A stretch of DNA of 64,000 nucleotides from Polyangiales bacterium. Lineage in GTDB: Bacteria; Myxococcota_A; Polyangia; Polyangiales; Polyangiaceae. Each line of letters starts with the position of its first letter. The stretch's first letter is position 1. Location: contig JBBRNJ010000009.1 of assembly GCA_038230375.1 (NCBI GenBank), forward strand, positions 87,941 through 151,940, in the 5' to 3' direction. The notes beneath the pieces are model-generated. The model saw only the letters and a list, made by a program, of their open reading frames with translations. It had not been told where the DNA came from and did not search any database. This document shows, piece by piece, positions 1 through 10,045 of the stretch. The position numbers and the translations under genes were made by a program.

Positions 1-723
1 AAATGGGGAGTTCTCGATGTCCACGCCGTCCGTGTCGATGTTCGTCGTGCGCATGGTCTCGAGGCGCGTGACACCGGTCGTCCGCCACGTCGCGGCGTCT
101 TTCATGTCCGGGAAGTTGTGCGCGATCACGAGCAGCGCAGCCGCCTCCGTGAAGCCATGGTTCGCCCAGTACTCGAACCGACGCGTGTCCATGAGGAACG
201 TCGCCATGCGCTCGATGGATGCGCGCAGCCCTGCATCCACGTCCTTGGGCAAGACCTTGTCCGTTGCGAGCTTCACGTAGAGGTTCGTGAGCACCATCGC
301 GCGGTAGGCCGTGGCGTGCTCGTTGTCGAACTTGTGATGGTCGTAGGGGCGCTTCGGCTCGTATGCAATGTACGAGCGCAGGATGGCGAAGAGCTTGTCG
401 AGGTACCGCTGCTCGTGCGTCTGCCGATAGGCGAACAGCAGGTGCTCCGTGTACCGCAGCGAGTAGAACATGAAGCGGAAGAACGCATCGTTGTACGGGT
501 CCTCCGTCCACGTGAGCGGCCACGTCAGCTTCGCCGCAGGGAAGCCACGCGCCGGCCAGATGTCGCTCACGATGCCGTCGGCGATGCCCACGTCACCTTG
601 ATCGAGCTCCAGGTACATCGCCTCCTTCGGCGGAGGCGGCGGATCCGGAGGCGGTGTCCACGGCGCATCCGAGGCGCCGCACGCGGCCATGAAGAGCGTG
701 GCGAAGAGTCCGATACGACGCAT
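1..723 (-). CDS. Heparinase II/III-like (polysaccharide lyase) lipoprotein, runs off the left window edge
   Basis: Not in the ORF track; translated by hand from ATG at 723: MRRIGLFATLFMAAC (lipobox)...WTEDPYNDAFFRFMFYSL...WANHGFTEAAALL...DTDGVDIENSPF. The NHG and DG-x-x-x-E-x-SP motifs are typical of heparinase II/III N-terminal domains. Confidence 0.7.
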   Translation of the reverse strand, partial: MRRIGLFATLFMAACGASDAPWTPPPDPPPPPKEAMYLELDQGDVGIADGIVSDIWPARGFPAAKLTWPLTWTEDPYNDAFFRFMFYSLRYTEHLLFAYRQTHEQRYLDKLFAILRSYIAYEPKRPYDHHKFDNEHATAYRAMVLTNLYVKLATDKVLPKDVDAGLRASIERMATFLMDTRRFEYWANHGFTEAAALLVIAHNFPDMKDAATWRTTGVTRLETMRTTNIDTDGVDIENSPF

Positions 724-739
724 TGAAACCTCCAGTGCC

Positions 740-1888
740 TCAGTCCACTTCCGCGTCGAGGATCGCGGTGGTGCTGCGAACACCGTCCGTCGCGACGAAC
801 GAGAGATGGTGCATTCCTTTCGCCAGCGGCGTGGTGGCAAACACGTAGGGCGTGATCGCCGTCTCGCGCACCAGCGTTGTGCCGTCGAACATCTGGACGT
901 GCGCGCATGCCTCGTCGAAGTTCGCGGCAACGACCTGGATCAGCTGGTTCTGCGTGTACTTCGTGGCGGGCGCAACGACCTTCACGACCGGGTCGGCGAT
1001 GAGGCCATCCACGCGATAGACATGCATGTAATCTACATCGAACGTGTTCGGGAACGGCGTGCTCTGGTCGGGGTCTCCCGTCCACCCGCCGACCCACCCG
1101 TTGATGATCCAGTACACCGGGTCCGTGGGCACCCCCTTCGTCGCAGGCGTGCTCTGCAGCTTGGCCACGCCGTCGATCCGCCACTCCAGGAGGTCGGGGG
1201 TCCAGAAGATCGTGTAGACGTGAAATTGACTGTAGTCTGCATCGTTCTCCATCATCACGTAGCGGCGACGGTCGTCGGCGGGGAGCGGCGGCGCGGCCCA
1301 GTGATTCACGAAGTAGAGCTCCGTGTACGGGTCCGTCGGGCGGTTCACGACCTCGATGTCGATCTCCGGGAAGGACTGCCACCACGGGCGCCCCCAGATC
1401 GCGGACCAGATCCCGGCTGCGTAGGGGAAGCGCGCGCGGAACTCGACCTTGCCATAGGTACGCGCGTACTTGCCCAGCGAGTCGATGTACCCGGACGCGT
1501 AAGGATACGTGGGGTCGGTCGTGCGCGTGGTGACGGTGGACAGCATGCCGTCGTGCACGATCGCGTTGGCCGGCAGAGACGTGTTGAGCACGCCAGAGTG
1601 CCCCTTGTACGCGTTCGCGACGTTCCACTTCGCCGGGTCGACTGTCGCGCCATCGAAGTCGTCGCCGTAGACGAGTACGTCGCCCGTCGTCTTCGCGGGT
1701 GGGCCGACCAGCTTGCACAATGTGGTCTCCGGCGGAAGCGAGACGGGCCCCGCATCAGCGGCGGTTCCGCCGCCATCGAAGGGAGAGGAACTGGACACGT
1801 CGGACAGCGGACCGGCGGTCCAGTCCTCTGACGGGGCCGACGAGCTCTTGCACGCGCTGCCAATGCCAGCCACGCCGACGAGCGTCAT
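740..1888 (-). CDS. Glycoside hydrolase family 16 lipoprotein with C-terminal Ig-like domain
   Basis: DDFDG...W, YGKVEFRARFP, GIWSAIW, catalytic PEIDIE, FHVYTIFW, WRIDG and FDVDYMHVY motifs. Lipobox-like GSAC. Start uncertain (1888 or 1975; 2005 overlaps the predicted promoter). Confidence 0.85.
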   Translation of the reverse strand: MTLVGVAGIGSACKSSSAPSEDWTAGPLSDVSSSSPFDGGGTAADAGPVSLPPETTLCKLVGPPAKTTGDVLVYGDDFDGATVDPAKWNVANAYKGHSGVLNTSLPANAIVHDGMLSTVTTRTTDPTYPYASGYIDSLGKYARTYGKVEFRARFPYAAGIWSAIWGRPWWQSFPEIDIEVVNRPTDPYTELYFVNHWAAPPLPADDRRRYVMMENDADYSQFHVYTIFWTPDLLEWRIDGVAKLQSTPATKGVPTDPVYWIINGWVGGWTGDPDQSTPFPNTFDVDYMHVYRVDGLIADPVVKVVAPATKYTQNQLIQVVAANFDEACAHVQMFDGTTLVRETAITPYVFATTPLAKGMHHLSFVATDGVRSTTAILDAEVD

Positions 1889-1987
1889 GAGGCACACCTG
1901 CGCTTGACGACCGCGCGTCAGCCGCCTGACTGTCTGCCCTGCTTCGCTGCGAAAAAACCGCGGTTTGGTGACCATGCTGCTGCCTGC

Positions 1988-2003
1988 TGCAGACGCCGTG
2001 CCC
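1988..2003 (-). promoter_or_regulatory. Putative sigma-54 (-24/-12) promoter for the GH16/lyase genes
   Basis: Minus strand reads GGGCACGGCGTCTGCA, an exact GG-N10-GC spacing. Confidence 0.5.
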
Positions 2004-2126
2004 ACCAGGCCTTCCTGCCGCGCCGGGTCAGCCCGATGACATCGCGCTGGTCAAAGGAGTGACGAGTGAGCCCTCCTCGATGCGGGGGAGAATGTCGGGA
2101 CCGTGAAACTGACGGGCGGCAGGCCG

Positions 2127-2142
2127 TGGCAAGCGCCTTGCA
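2127..2142 (+). promoter_or_regulatory. Putative sigma-54 (-24/-12) promoter for the GT2 operon
   Basis: TGGCAAGCGCCTTGCA, near consensus TGGCAC-N5-TTGCA, about 50 bp upstream of ATG 2194. Confidence 0.65.
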
Positions 2143-2193
2143 CGTCGCAAGGTCACCCGTCTTTCTGCGACGGGCCTTCGAGGGTCGAAACGG

Positions 2194-3285
2194 ATGAAGC
2201 TCACCATCGCCAGGAATCGCCAGGACGTACTCGGGCTCTTGCTCGCTCTTGCGTGCCTGGTCCCCGCGAACGCCCACGCCGACGAGAACTACTGCGACAA
2301 GGTCCGCGCACGCAGTGGTGCAGACAGCGCTCTCCTCTTTGCGCCGTCGGCTCGTGTGTCGGGCGTGAAGGTCCCGCAGATCGGCGCGTCCGTGGACCCC
2401 ACGAACATCGGCACCGAGTATCAGCTCCGCGGCGAGCTCTCCATGTCCGCCACGAACTTCTACAAGGGCACCATCGTCAACAAGGTCGCCGAGGCCGACT
2501 GCGACGTTCACAAGAACGCGGTGGTCGCGCAAGAGCTCGTCATGCGTGCAAGCGATCTTGGTCGCCTCGGCGCGCTCACCGACGAGCTCGCGTTCCTGGA
2601 CGCGCAAAAACCCGCATGGGATGCGGTCGGCGCGAAGATGCAGGAGCGGCTCGAGGCAAAGACCACCACGCTGACCGAGGTGGCGGACGTGCGAACCCGC
2701 ACCGTCATGCTGGACCGCGAGCGCGCGCAGGTGCGCGGCGACCTGGAGCGACTCACCGCGATCGGCTGGAATCCCGGCACCATCGACGTTGCGCGCCTTG
2801 CGCAGCAGCTCGTCCAGGATTCGAGCCGCCTGGAGAACGAGGTCACGCGGCTGCGCGCTGTGGACCCGTGGGATGTGAGCGTGATGGGCGGCTACGTGCC
2901 TCCCGTGGCCTCGAGCAAGAACGACTGGTACGGCGTCGTGCAGCTCACGTACAACTTTGGCGGACTCTGGCGGAGCTCGCGGGACAATCGGTACCTCGAG
3001 GCGCGTGAGCGGGAGCTCAAGACCGCGCGGTACGAGCTCCCCCACCAGCTCGAGGTCCTCAAGAAGCACGTGGAGATCGCGCGAGCACAGGCGCGCACGG
3101 AGCTCGCGATCGTGGTCGCGCGCATGAGCGAGGTCACGCAGAACCGCGCGCAGCTCGCGCAGTCGGAGTCCACGCTGGCCCCGCACGCACTGGCAATGCT
3201 CGATCTCGAGCTCATCGCGAGTGGTGCCGACAAGACGTTTCTCGAAGGGCTCCTGCGTGAGCTCGGACGCATCCAGGAGAAGTGA
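2194..3285 (+). CDS. Secreted helical/coiled-coil protein, possibly an outer-membrane export component (TolC-like layout)
   Basis: Sec signal peptide (ANAHA-DE). Long heptad helices alternate with short beta-like segments (WYGVVQLTYNF). First gene of a coupled operon. Confidence 0.45.
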   Translation: MKLTIARNRQDVLGLLLALACLVPANAHADENYCDKVRARSGADSALLFAPSARVSGVKVPQIGASVDPTNIGTEYQLRGELSMSATNFYKGTIVNKVAEADCDVHKNAVVAQELVMRASDLGRLGALTDELAFLDAQKPAWDAVGAKMQERLEAKTTTLTEVADVRTRTVMLDRERAQVRGDLERLTAIGWNPGTIDVARLAQQLVQDSSRLENEVTRLRAVDPWDVSVMGGYVPPVASSKNDWYGVVQLTYNFGGLWRSSRDNRYLEARERELKTARYELPHQLEVLKKHVEIARAQARTELAIVVARMSEVTQNRAQLAQSESTLAPHALAMLDLELIASGADKTFLEGLLRELGRIQEK

Positions 3286-4403
3286 CAATGGCCGCCGAGA
3301 AAGAGACCGCGAAGGAGCAGCCCACCGTGAAGAGTCGCATCTTCTCCGTCGCGACGTTGTGCGGCGTCGTCACGCTGCTCGGGTTTGCAGTGAACGGCGT
3401 CTACCGGGTCGCCACGGACCAGTTCGTTGCGCCCTGCGTTCTCTCGCCCGACAGCGATCTCGTGATCCAGTCGAAGCTGAGCATGGCGCAGCTCGTCTCC
3501 GAGCGTTTCCGCGTGACCACGCGCCGCGAGGAGATCGAGGTCACCGTGGAGGCCAGCGACCGCGCGATCAAGGAGCTCGACGATCTGAAGGAGAACACCA
3601 CGCGCGGCCTGGACTTCACGGTCGTCGTGACCGAGAAGCAGATGAGCGCGAGCACGACCGACCTTCGTGCCCTCGCGCGCCAGCGCACGGACCTGATCTC
3701 CATGATCGAGCAGCAAGAGAACTTCACGGCCCAGGTGAAGAAGGACCTCGAGGCGGGCCTTGCCGCGAAGGCCGACTACGCGCGCGCCAATCAGATGCTG
3801 AGCCAGATGAAGATCTCGCTCATCGACAACGACCGCGCGCGCATCACGAGCGAGGAGACCAAGGACGAGGCCGCTCTCGCGCATCAGGCGCTCCGCGATC
3901 GTCACAAGCCTGGTCACATCGCCACGCCCGAGATGCTCACGCAACAAGAGCAGGTCGTGCGCCTCACGACAGAGATCATCAAGCTGCGCTCGGAGCGTCG
4001 CTCCGCGATCGCCGAGAAGACACACCTGGACGAGGAGCTCCGCATGATCGACCAGCTGATGGGTCAGCTCAAGGAGCGCCCCGTGTTCAGCGCGGCAGAC
4101 ACGAGCATGACCGTTGCGTTCGTGCCGTACACGCAGATCGATGGCGTGGAGCGCGGCGCCGAGATCTACGACTGCGTCTGGGGGCTCTTCGCCTGCAAGG
4201 CCGTTGGGCACGTGACGAAGCTCCTGCCGGGCGAGGTGATCCTGCCGGATCCGTGGGGAACGCTCACGCGCGGTCAGTACGCCACCATGGACATCGAGAA
4301 CGCGGATTCGTCGCGATCGCGGACGCTCCGTGTGCGCCCGCAGCGGTTCGGTGCCGTGACGCCGATGCCAAGGCCCGACCCGCGCGTCGCCAACGCAAAG
4401 TAG
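3282..4403 (+). CDS. Membrane-anchored coiled-coil protein, membrane-fusion/HlyD-like adaptor candidate
   Basis: Single N-terminal TM, about 220-aa coiled coil, C-terminal beta-rich domain (VAFVPY...VGHVTKL). Overlaps the upstream stop. Confidence 0.5.
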   Translation: MTMAAEKETAKEQPTVKSRIFSVATLCGVVTLLGFAVNGVYRVATDQFVAPCVLSPDSDLVIQSKLSMAQLVSERFRVTTRREEIEVTVEASDRAIKELDDLKENTTRGLDFTVVVTEKQMSASTTDLRALARQRTDLISMIEQQENFTAQVKKDLEAGLAAKADYARANQMLSQMKISLIDNDRARITSEETKDEAALAHQALRDRHKPGHIATPEMLTQQEQVVRLTTEIIKLRSERRSAIAEKTHLDEELRMIDQLMGQLKERPVFSAADTSMTVAFVPYTQIDGVERGAEIYDCVWGLFACKAVGHVTKLLPGEVILPDPWGTLTRGQYATMDIENADSSRSRTLRVRPQRFGAVTPMPRPDPRVANAK

Positions 4404-4431
4404 CAGTGCACGTTCAAGGGAGCACGGACTG

Positions 4432-6303
4432 ATGTTCTACGCGTTGAACCATCTCTCGACGATCCTCACCACGCCGTACGGCATGGTCTCGTTCGCGTTC
4501 TTCGTGCTCTTCTTCGACTACTTCTATCTCTACCCGCGCTACTGGCTCCTGCGCGCGCTCCGCGGCTCCGCTGGCAACGCACCACGCACGGCGCTTCCGT
4601 CGGGCCTGCTCATCATCCCTTCGCTGCTTCGCGAGCAGGCGGAGCTGGATGCGATCAAGTCGACCATCGAGAGCGTCATTACGAATGACTACCCGGGCGA
4701 CCTGATCATCATCGCGAGCATCGACGGCTACGAGGAAGCGCCCGCGCTGTATCGAGACCTCGCGCGATGGGTCGAGTCCCGGCAGGGTGACCTTGCGACG
4801 GGCGTGTGGCTCCATCTGACGGGTCGCCTGCAGCGGGGCGGCAAGCCGATGGCCATCGAGCAAGGCGTCCAGCACATGCACGAGCTGCTCGCGCGCGGCG
4901 CCCATGATGCGTTCCCCGAGATCTACTTCAGCACCGACGCCGACGCCGACCTGGGCCCACGCGCGCTGGAGCACCTTGGCCGACGCCTCTGCATGAAGAA
5001 CCCCATCACGGGCAGCCCCGGGCGCGCGGTGGCGGGCAACCTGTACGTGCGCGGCAACGACTACTGGCGCGGGCTGCGCCACTTCTTCACGCAGGAGGGG
5101 CAGGTCAGCATCCAGGTCGCGCGCGACTATCTGGTCACCAACGTGACTCGCTACAACAAGCGCATGATGCCGATCGCCGGCACCACCGGCGTCCTCTACT
5201 GCATCTGGACGGACATCTTCCTGCAGGGGCCGCGCTTCATGGGCTTCATGCGGACGCTTCGGCTGCGCGACTGGCTCAAGTGGTGGCTTGGTTTTCCGCC
5301 GCCCAAGTTCTCGCAGAGCTCCGCCGCACCGATCCCCGAGCTGATGGTCGGCGACACCGACGACACGGTGAGCGCGTTCCTCGCCATCGCCGCGCGCTGG
5401 CAAGATGGGCGCTTCACGCTCGATGCTCCGGCCACCCCGCTACATGCCGTCTACTACATGCTCCGCAGCGTGTTCATCGACCGCGCGCTCCGCCACGAGC
5501 CTGAGGCCCGCGTCTATACATCCTCCCCCACCACCGTGCGCACCCTGTGGAAGCAGCGCCGCCGCTGGAACACTGCGCGCATCGAGGTCACCGGCCGCTT
5601 CAGCCGCTCGCTCTGGTACCACTGGGACCTCGGCATCTGCACGATTGGCACGATGGCGATGACGGCGCGCTACATCGCGGTCGCGCTCTACTGCTACGTA
5701 CAGCTGCCCATCGCGTTTCTCCAGGGCAGCGCGCCGCTCCGCATCGCGATCGCGTTCAGCCTACAAATCACGATCTATTCGTTGTGGACGCTGATGGCGC
5801 TCTCCATGAACGGGGAGCTGCGCAAGAACTGGCGGCTGTTCCTGGCCGTGCCGCTCGCCCCGCTCTACATGCTTGTCTTCGCGTTCTTCACGACGCTGAG
5901 TGGCATCGTCAGCGACGTGTTCCTCTTTGGCAACGTCACGAGGTTCGCGCCGGAGTCCACGCTGATCGTCGGGCGCTCCGTCCGCATCGCGCTGCTCTCG
6001 CGCGTGAGGCGTGCGTTGGTGCTCCTGGTCCGGTCGGCGATCTACGGCGACGTGCCGCTCGGACTGTTCTGGCTCGGATGGAACGACACGAAATGGACGC
6101 CAAGCGGCTTCCTTGGCTGGACCACCGGAAACCGGCCCACGCTACTCCAACGCCTTCGTCACGGCGCCACGGCACCCACTCTCTCCACAATCGCACCCGC
6201 CGCAAGACCGCTGGCGATGGATGTGCTCCGCGAGAGCGTGCGAATCGCGCATGTCGCCCCAGCAAACGCCGTGGAGCCAGAGCGAAAAGCCGACGCGGCG
6301 TGA
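4432..6303 (+). CDS. Processive GT2 polysaccharide synthase (HAS/chitin synthase/PgaC-like)
   Basis: SIDG, GGK, TDAD, DTDD and QRRRW (D,D,D,QxxRW) motifs, with N- and C-terminal TM helices. Confidence 0.85.
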   Translation: MFYALNHLSTILTTPYGMVSFAFFVLFFDYFYLYPRYWLLRALRGSAGNAPRTALPSGLLIIPSLLREQAELDAIKSTIESVITNDYPGDLIIIASIDGYEEAPALYRDLARWVESRQGDLATGVWLHLTGRLQRGGKPMAIEQGVQHMHELLARGAHDAFPEIYFSTDADADLGPRALEHLGRRLCMKNPITGSPGRAVAGNLYVRGNDYWRGLRHFFTQEGQVSIQVARDYLVTNVTRYNKRMMPIAGTTGVLYCIWTDIFLQGPRFMGFMRTLRLRDWLKWWLGFPPPKFSQSSAAPIPELMVGDTDDTVSAFLAIAARWQDGRFTLDAPATPLHAVYYMLRSVFIDRALRHEPEARVYTSSPTTVRTLWKQRRRWNTARIEVTGRFSRSLWYHWDLGICTIGTMAMTARYIAVALYCYVQLPIAFLQGSAPLRIAIAFSLQITIYSLWTLMALSMNGELRKNWRLFLAVPLAPLYMLVFAFFTTLSGIVSDVFLFGNVTRFAPESTLIVGRSVRIALLSRVRRALVLLVRSAIYGDVPLGLFWLGWNDTKWTPSGFLGWTTGNRPTLLQRLRHGATAPTLSTIAPAARPLAMDVLRESVRIAHVAPANAVEPERKADAA

Positions 6304-6310
6304 GCGCCTT

Positions 6311-7120
6311 TCAGTTGCAGGCAGGGGCGGCGCTTGCTGCGCCTGGGACGCGGACCTGGAAGTCGAAGGTTCCGTTGTCGGAGCGTACACCTGGTGGTCC
6401 CTGGATCTCGGAGGCGCTCGCGGGCAGCGCGCCCTCCCACGCAAGGACACCATCTGCGGTGACGCGCAGACGCTGACCCACGAGGTCCGCGCGGAGAGTG
6501 CGAGGAGCGCCCGCGACGATCGGCGCGACCGGACGATTGACGCTCGCTGTCGGCGTGACATACCCGCCGTCTCCGCACTGAGCGTGCGTGGACTTCCCGG
6601 GATTGCGCTTCACGAGCACCTGGATTCCCTGGTCGGGGGCGATGTGCCACATCGCATAGATGACGTTGCACGAGTCCTGCGCCTTGAGCTTCACGCCGAT
6701 CTGACGCCGGATCTCGCCGTCCGCGAGCGGCTGCGTGTCCTTGCTGGGCCCGCGGTACGTGAAGTCCACCTCCGCGCTGCTGCTGCGGTCCGTGGAGAGG
6801 ACGCCGCGCATGGCACCGGTGTCGACACGCATGTTCGTGGTGCTCCGGCCGACGCTTCCCTCGGTCGGGCAGAACTTGGATGGCGACACCACCGAGAGCG
6901 GCGTCAACGGCGCGGCCGGCTGGGGAACGATCATCGCCGCGGGGACCAGCGCGGATGACTTCTCACCAGGCTTCGTGACCGCGGCACGCGTGGTCGTCGT
7001 CGCGGCGGCGGGCACGGTCTTGGTCGCGGCAGTCGTCGGACCTGCAAACGCCTGGCACGCGAGGGCCGTGAAAGCGATGAACGAGCCCGCACTCACCGCT
7101 CGAAGTCTTCCGTGGTTCAT
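6311..7120 (-). CDS. Secreted beta-rich hypothetical protein (possible lectin/concanavalin-like fold)
   Basis: Signal peptide, Thr/Ala/Pro linker, beta-strand-rich domain ending GVRSDNGTFDF. Confidence 0.5.
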   Translation of the reverse strand: MNHGRLRAVSAGSFIAFTALACQAFAGPTTAATKTVPAAATTTTRAAVTKPGEKSSALVPAAMIVPQPAAPLTPLSVVSPSKFCPTEGSVGRSTTNMRVDTGAMRGVLSTDRSSSAEVDFTYRGPSKDTQPLADGEIRRQIGVKLKAQDSCNVIYAMWHIAPDQGIQVLVKRNPGKSTHAQCGDGGYVTPTASVNRPVAPIVAGAPRTLRADLVGQRLRVTADGVLAWEGALPASASEIQGPPGVRSDNGTFDFQVRVPGAASAAPACN

Positions 7121-7176
7121 TCCCGACGGAACGGGCGCCGCGGGTCGAACTTTAGGGCGACCTCACGGTGACGAGC

Positions 7177-9189
7177 CTATTCCTTCTTCATTCGCGTCTC
7201 GATGGCGCTGATGGCCTTCTGCAGCGAACCGTCATGGATGCACTGGAGCGCGTCCTTCTTGCCGAACCAGCCCGTGGGCACGCGCACGAGAAGCGCCTTG
7301 AGCAGCGCGACGGTTCGCCCGTCACCGTCCGTCTGCGCGCGCTCCAGGAGCTCCTTCACCTTGCAGCTCTGGCCTGCGACGGCCAGGTCCAGGGTCACGC
7401 TCAGCGCGGAGGTCATCTTGGTTCTGAGGTCGGGCCGCTTCAGCAGCTTGCGCGCGCGTTCCTTTGCCTTCGCGTTGTACTGACCGGAGAGCCCGTATCC
7501 GATGTCGTAGAGATCATCGAGACCAACGGTGCCCATGTGCTTCTCGAGCAACGCAAACGCAAGATCCGCGGCGACGGCGTTGTTGGAGATCGCGGAGTCG
7601 CGGATCATGATGCGGACCTTCTGCTCGCCCGCAACCAGCGACACGCCCGCGTCTGCGGTGTCATCCAGCCACGCGGTGACGACCACCATGCACTCTTCGT
7701 TCTTGTCGGTCGCGTTGTATGCGGTGGCGAGCGCGCGGCGGACCTCGGGTCGGGTCTTGAGCTCTTCTGGAAGGCCAGAGAGCTTCTCGATGCCACTGCC
7801 ATAGTCGCCGCGGTCGACGGATTGAATTCCGTCGTGCACGCGATCATCCGTAGGTGGCGGTGGCGTGCCGGCCCACCCGGAGGCGGACGCGGACGCGCTG
7901 ACCTGTGCGACTGCGCCCGCATCGGAGGTGACGGTCTTGCCGCCGCTGCTCACCACCGCAACGCCGACGATCGCGAGCAACACCACGACCACGACCGCGG
8001 CGCCGATGATGAGCGTCTTGGGCCTGGCGCGCACCGCGGCAGCCACGGACTCCGGAACCTTCACGTTGCCGCTCGCAGATGGAAGCGCGATGACCGCGGC
8101 GGTGGGTGCCACGCCGAGCGCTCCGCTGTTGGGCGCGCCAACGAAGCTCATCGGCGCCTGCGTGGACGCAGGCCCGGACGACGCGAGCGCGCTGGGATCG
8201 AGCTTTCCTTGCGAGACCAGGTTGATCGAGATGCTCTGCAGCGATTCGAGAAGCTCCTTTGGATCCTGGACGCGTTCGTCCGCCTCCTTCGCGAGGAGCT
8301 TCCTCACGAGCGCCTCGATCTCGGGCGGGATATTCGCCTCTGGCGCGCGCTCCGTCATGGAGGGCACCGGCGCGGTGACATGCATGCCCAGGATTTTCAC
8401 CTTGCTCTCGGCGTCGAACGGACGCGCGCCCGTGAGCATCTCGTAGAACATCACGCCGAGCGCATAGATGTCCGCGCGCGCGTCCACGGGATTGCCGAGC
8501 GCCTGCTCCGGAGCCATGTACTCCGGTGTGCCGTACACCATGCCTGCCTGCGTGAGCACGGGCTGCGCGGAGTCCGACTGGCGCGACGTGTTGCCCGCCT
8601 CCGCGATCTCGCCCACCGGCACCTTCGCGATGCCGAAGTCGAGGACCTTCACGAAGTCGGGGTCGCCGTCGCGATCGACGAGCATGACGTTCTCGGGCTT
8701 GAGATCGCGATGAACGATGCCGAGCGCATGCGCGCGCACCAGCGCATTCGCGATCTGCCGTGTGACGTGAATCGCGCGAGCGAGCGGGAGCCGGCCTTGC
8801 GAGACGAGCTGCCGAAGGCTCACGCCCTCGATGAACTCGAGGACCAGGAAGAACGAGCCGTCGTCGAGCTTGCCGAAGTCCGTCGCTGCGGCCACGTTCG
8901 GGTGATCGATGTGCGCTGCAGCCATGGCCTCGCGCTCGAACCGCGCGACGACCTCTCGCATGCGGCTCATCTCGGCGTGGAGCACCTTGATGGCGACGCG
9001 CTTGCGCATGAGCGTGTGCTCGGCCTGATAGACGGCGCCCATGCCACCTTCGCCGAGCAGCTTCTCGATGCGGTACCGATCGGAGATGACAAGGCCGAGA
9101 AGCGACGCGGGTCCAGCGACGTCGCTCGGATCGCGCGCAACCCGCGCCTGCCCATCCTGTGAGGTGGGCTTGTCATTGCCAGAAGTCAT
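7177..9189 (-). CDS. Transmembrane Ser/Thr protein kinase
   Basis: LGEGGMGAVY, VAIK, HRDLKPEN, DFG, GTPEYMAPE motifs; TM helix; periplasmic helical domain. Confidence 0.95.
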   Translation of the reverse strand: MTSGNDKPTSQDGQARVARDPSDVAGPASLLGLVISDRYRIEKLLGEGGMGAVYQAEHTLMRKRVAIKVLHAEMSRMREVVARFEREAMAAAHIDHPNVAAATDFGKLDDGSFFLVLEFIEGVSLRQLVSQGRLPLARAIHVTRQIANALVRAHALGIVHRDLKPENVMLVDRDGDPDFVKVLDFGIAKVPVGEIAEAGNTSRQSDSAQPVLTQAGMVYGTPEYMAPEQALGNPVDARADIYALGVMFYEMLTGARPFDAESKVKILGMHVTAPVPSMTERAPEANIPPEIEALVRKLLAKEADERVQDPKELLESLQSISINLVSQGKLDPSALASSGPASTQAPMSFVGAPNSGALGVAPTAAVIALPSASGNVKVPESVAAAVRARPKTLIIGAAVVVVVLLAIVGVAVVSSGGKTVTSDAGAVAQVSASASASGWAGTPPPPTDDRVHDGIQSVDRGDYGSGIEKLSGLPEELKTRPEVRRALATAYNATDKNEECMVVVTAWLDDTADAGVSLVAGEQKVRIMIRDSAISNNAVAADLAFALLEKHMGTVGLDDLYDIGYGLSGQYNAKAKERARKLLKRPDLRTKMTSALSVTLDLAVAGQSCKVKELLERAQTDGDGRTVALLKALLVRVPTGWFGKKDALQCIHDGSLQKAISAIETRMKKE

Positions 9190-9246
9190 GGGAAAAGCCC
9201 TCCCACGATACTCGCTTGGAAGTGCGGTGTGAACACCGCGTCCCCG

Positions 9247-10044
9247 CTAGAGGTCTTTCTTGACTACGGCGTGGTAGATGATGGTTACGGGGATTCGGAT
9301 CTTGCCGTAGAGCGCCTGCACTGGGCCGAGGTCTTCGTACGTGCGGGCCTGGTACTCGACGCCGAAGAGGCTCCAACCTGCAGCGACCGTCACGCCGCCA
9401 TGACCCGAAGCGTCCACGAGGCCGCCGACCTGTCCCCAGACGCCGTACTGGATGTGCATCGCCTCGAGCTGGATGCCGAAGTTCGTCGCGTCCAGCCCGC
9501 CGATGCGAAACACCTTCACGAGATCGTACGTGAGCCCGGCCGTGTAGAACCAGTCATCCCGCACGTGAAGGACGCCTGCGCGCGCGCGACCGAAAAACGA
9601 CGGGCGATTCTCCGGCGTGTCGATCACCGCGCCGTAGCCGAAGTCGAGGTTCAGGTCCCACGTCGTGACACGAATCTCCGGACGCATCGCCTGGACGGGC
9701 ATGCCTTCGCGCTTGGGGCGTGCTGGCGTGTTCGGATCGAGCACGAGCGGCTGCACGGGCTGCAGCACCATCGTCGGTGGAGCGAGCGGGTTCTGGACTG
9801 GCTCGGTCGGGACCGGTGTGGGCGGCGGAGGCGGAGTGGTCGGCCCCGGCGGCGGAGGTGGAATGAAATAGGATGGAGCGGACGGCGGCGGCGCGTTGCG
9901 CGGCGTGATCGTCACGGCGGATGCGCTGGTGTCAGGCGATGCGCCAGGCGCATCTGCCGCACGTACGGTGGTCACGATCGAGGCCGCGCTCAACCCGAGC
10001 GCGCACGTCGTTCCAGCGCGAAAAATGAAAGCGCGCGTGTTCAA
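9247..10044 (-). CDS. Hypothetical secreted protein with Pro-rich linker and putative beta-barrel
   Basis: Signal peptide, poly-Pro region, amphipathic beta strands with alternating aromatic/Gly residues. Confidence 0.55.
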   Translation of the reverse strand: MNTRAFIFRAGTTCALGLSAASIVTTVRAADAPGASPDTSASAVTITPRNAPPPSAPSYFIPPPPPGPTTPPPPPTPVPTEPVQNPLAPPTMVLQPVQPLVLDPNTPARPKREGMPVQAMRPEIRVTTWDLNLDFGYGAVIDTPENRPSFFGRARAGVLHVRDDWFYTAGLTYDLVKVFRIGGLDATNFGIQLEAMHIQYGVWGQVGGLVDASGHGGVTVAAGWSLFGVEYQARTYEDLGPVQALYGKIRIPVTIIYHAVVKKDL

Positions 10045-10045
10045 G

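Noticed and set aside
7168..9162. Long opposite-strand or alternate-frame ORFs (also 567..1718, 32009..33604, 44041..45420, 45222..46745, 62031..63782)
   Set aside because: Arg/Ala-rich shadow frames of well-supported genes, expected in high-GC DNA
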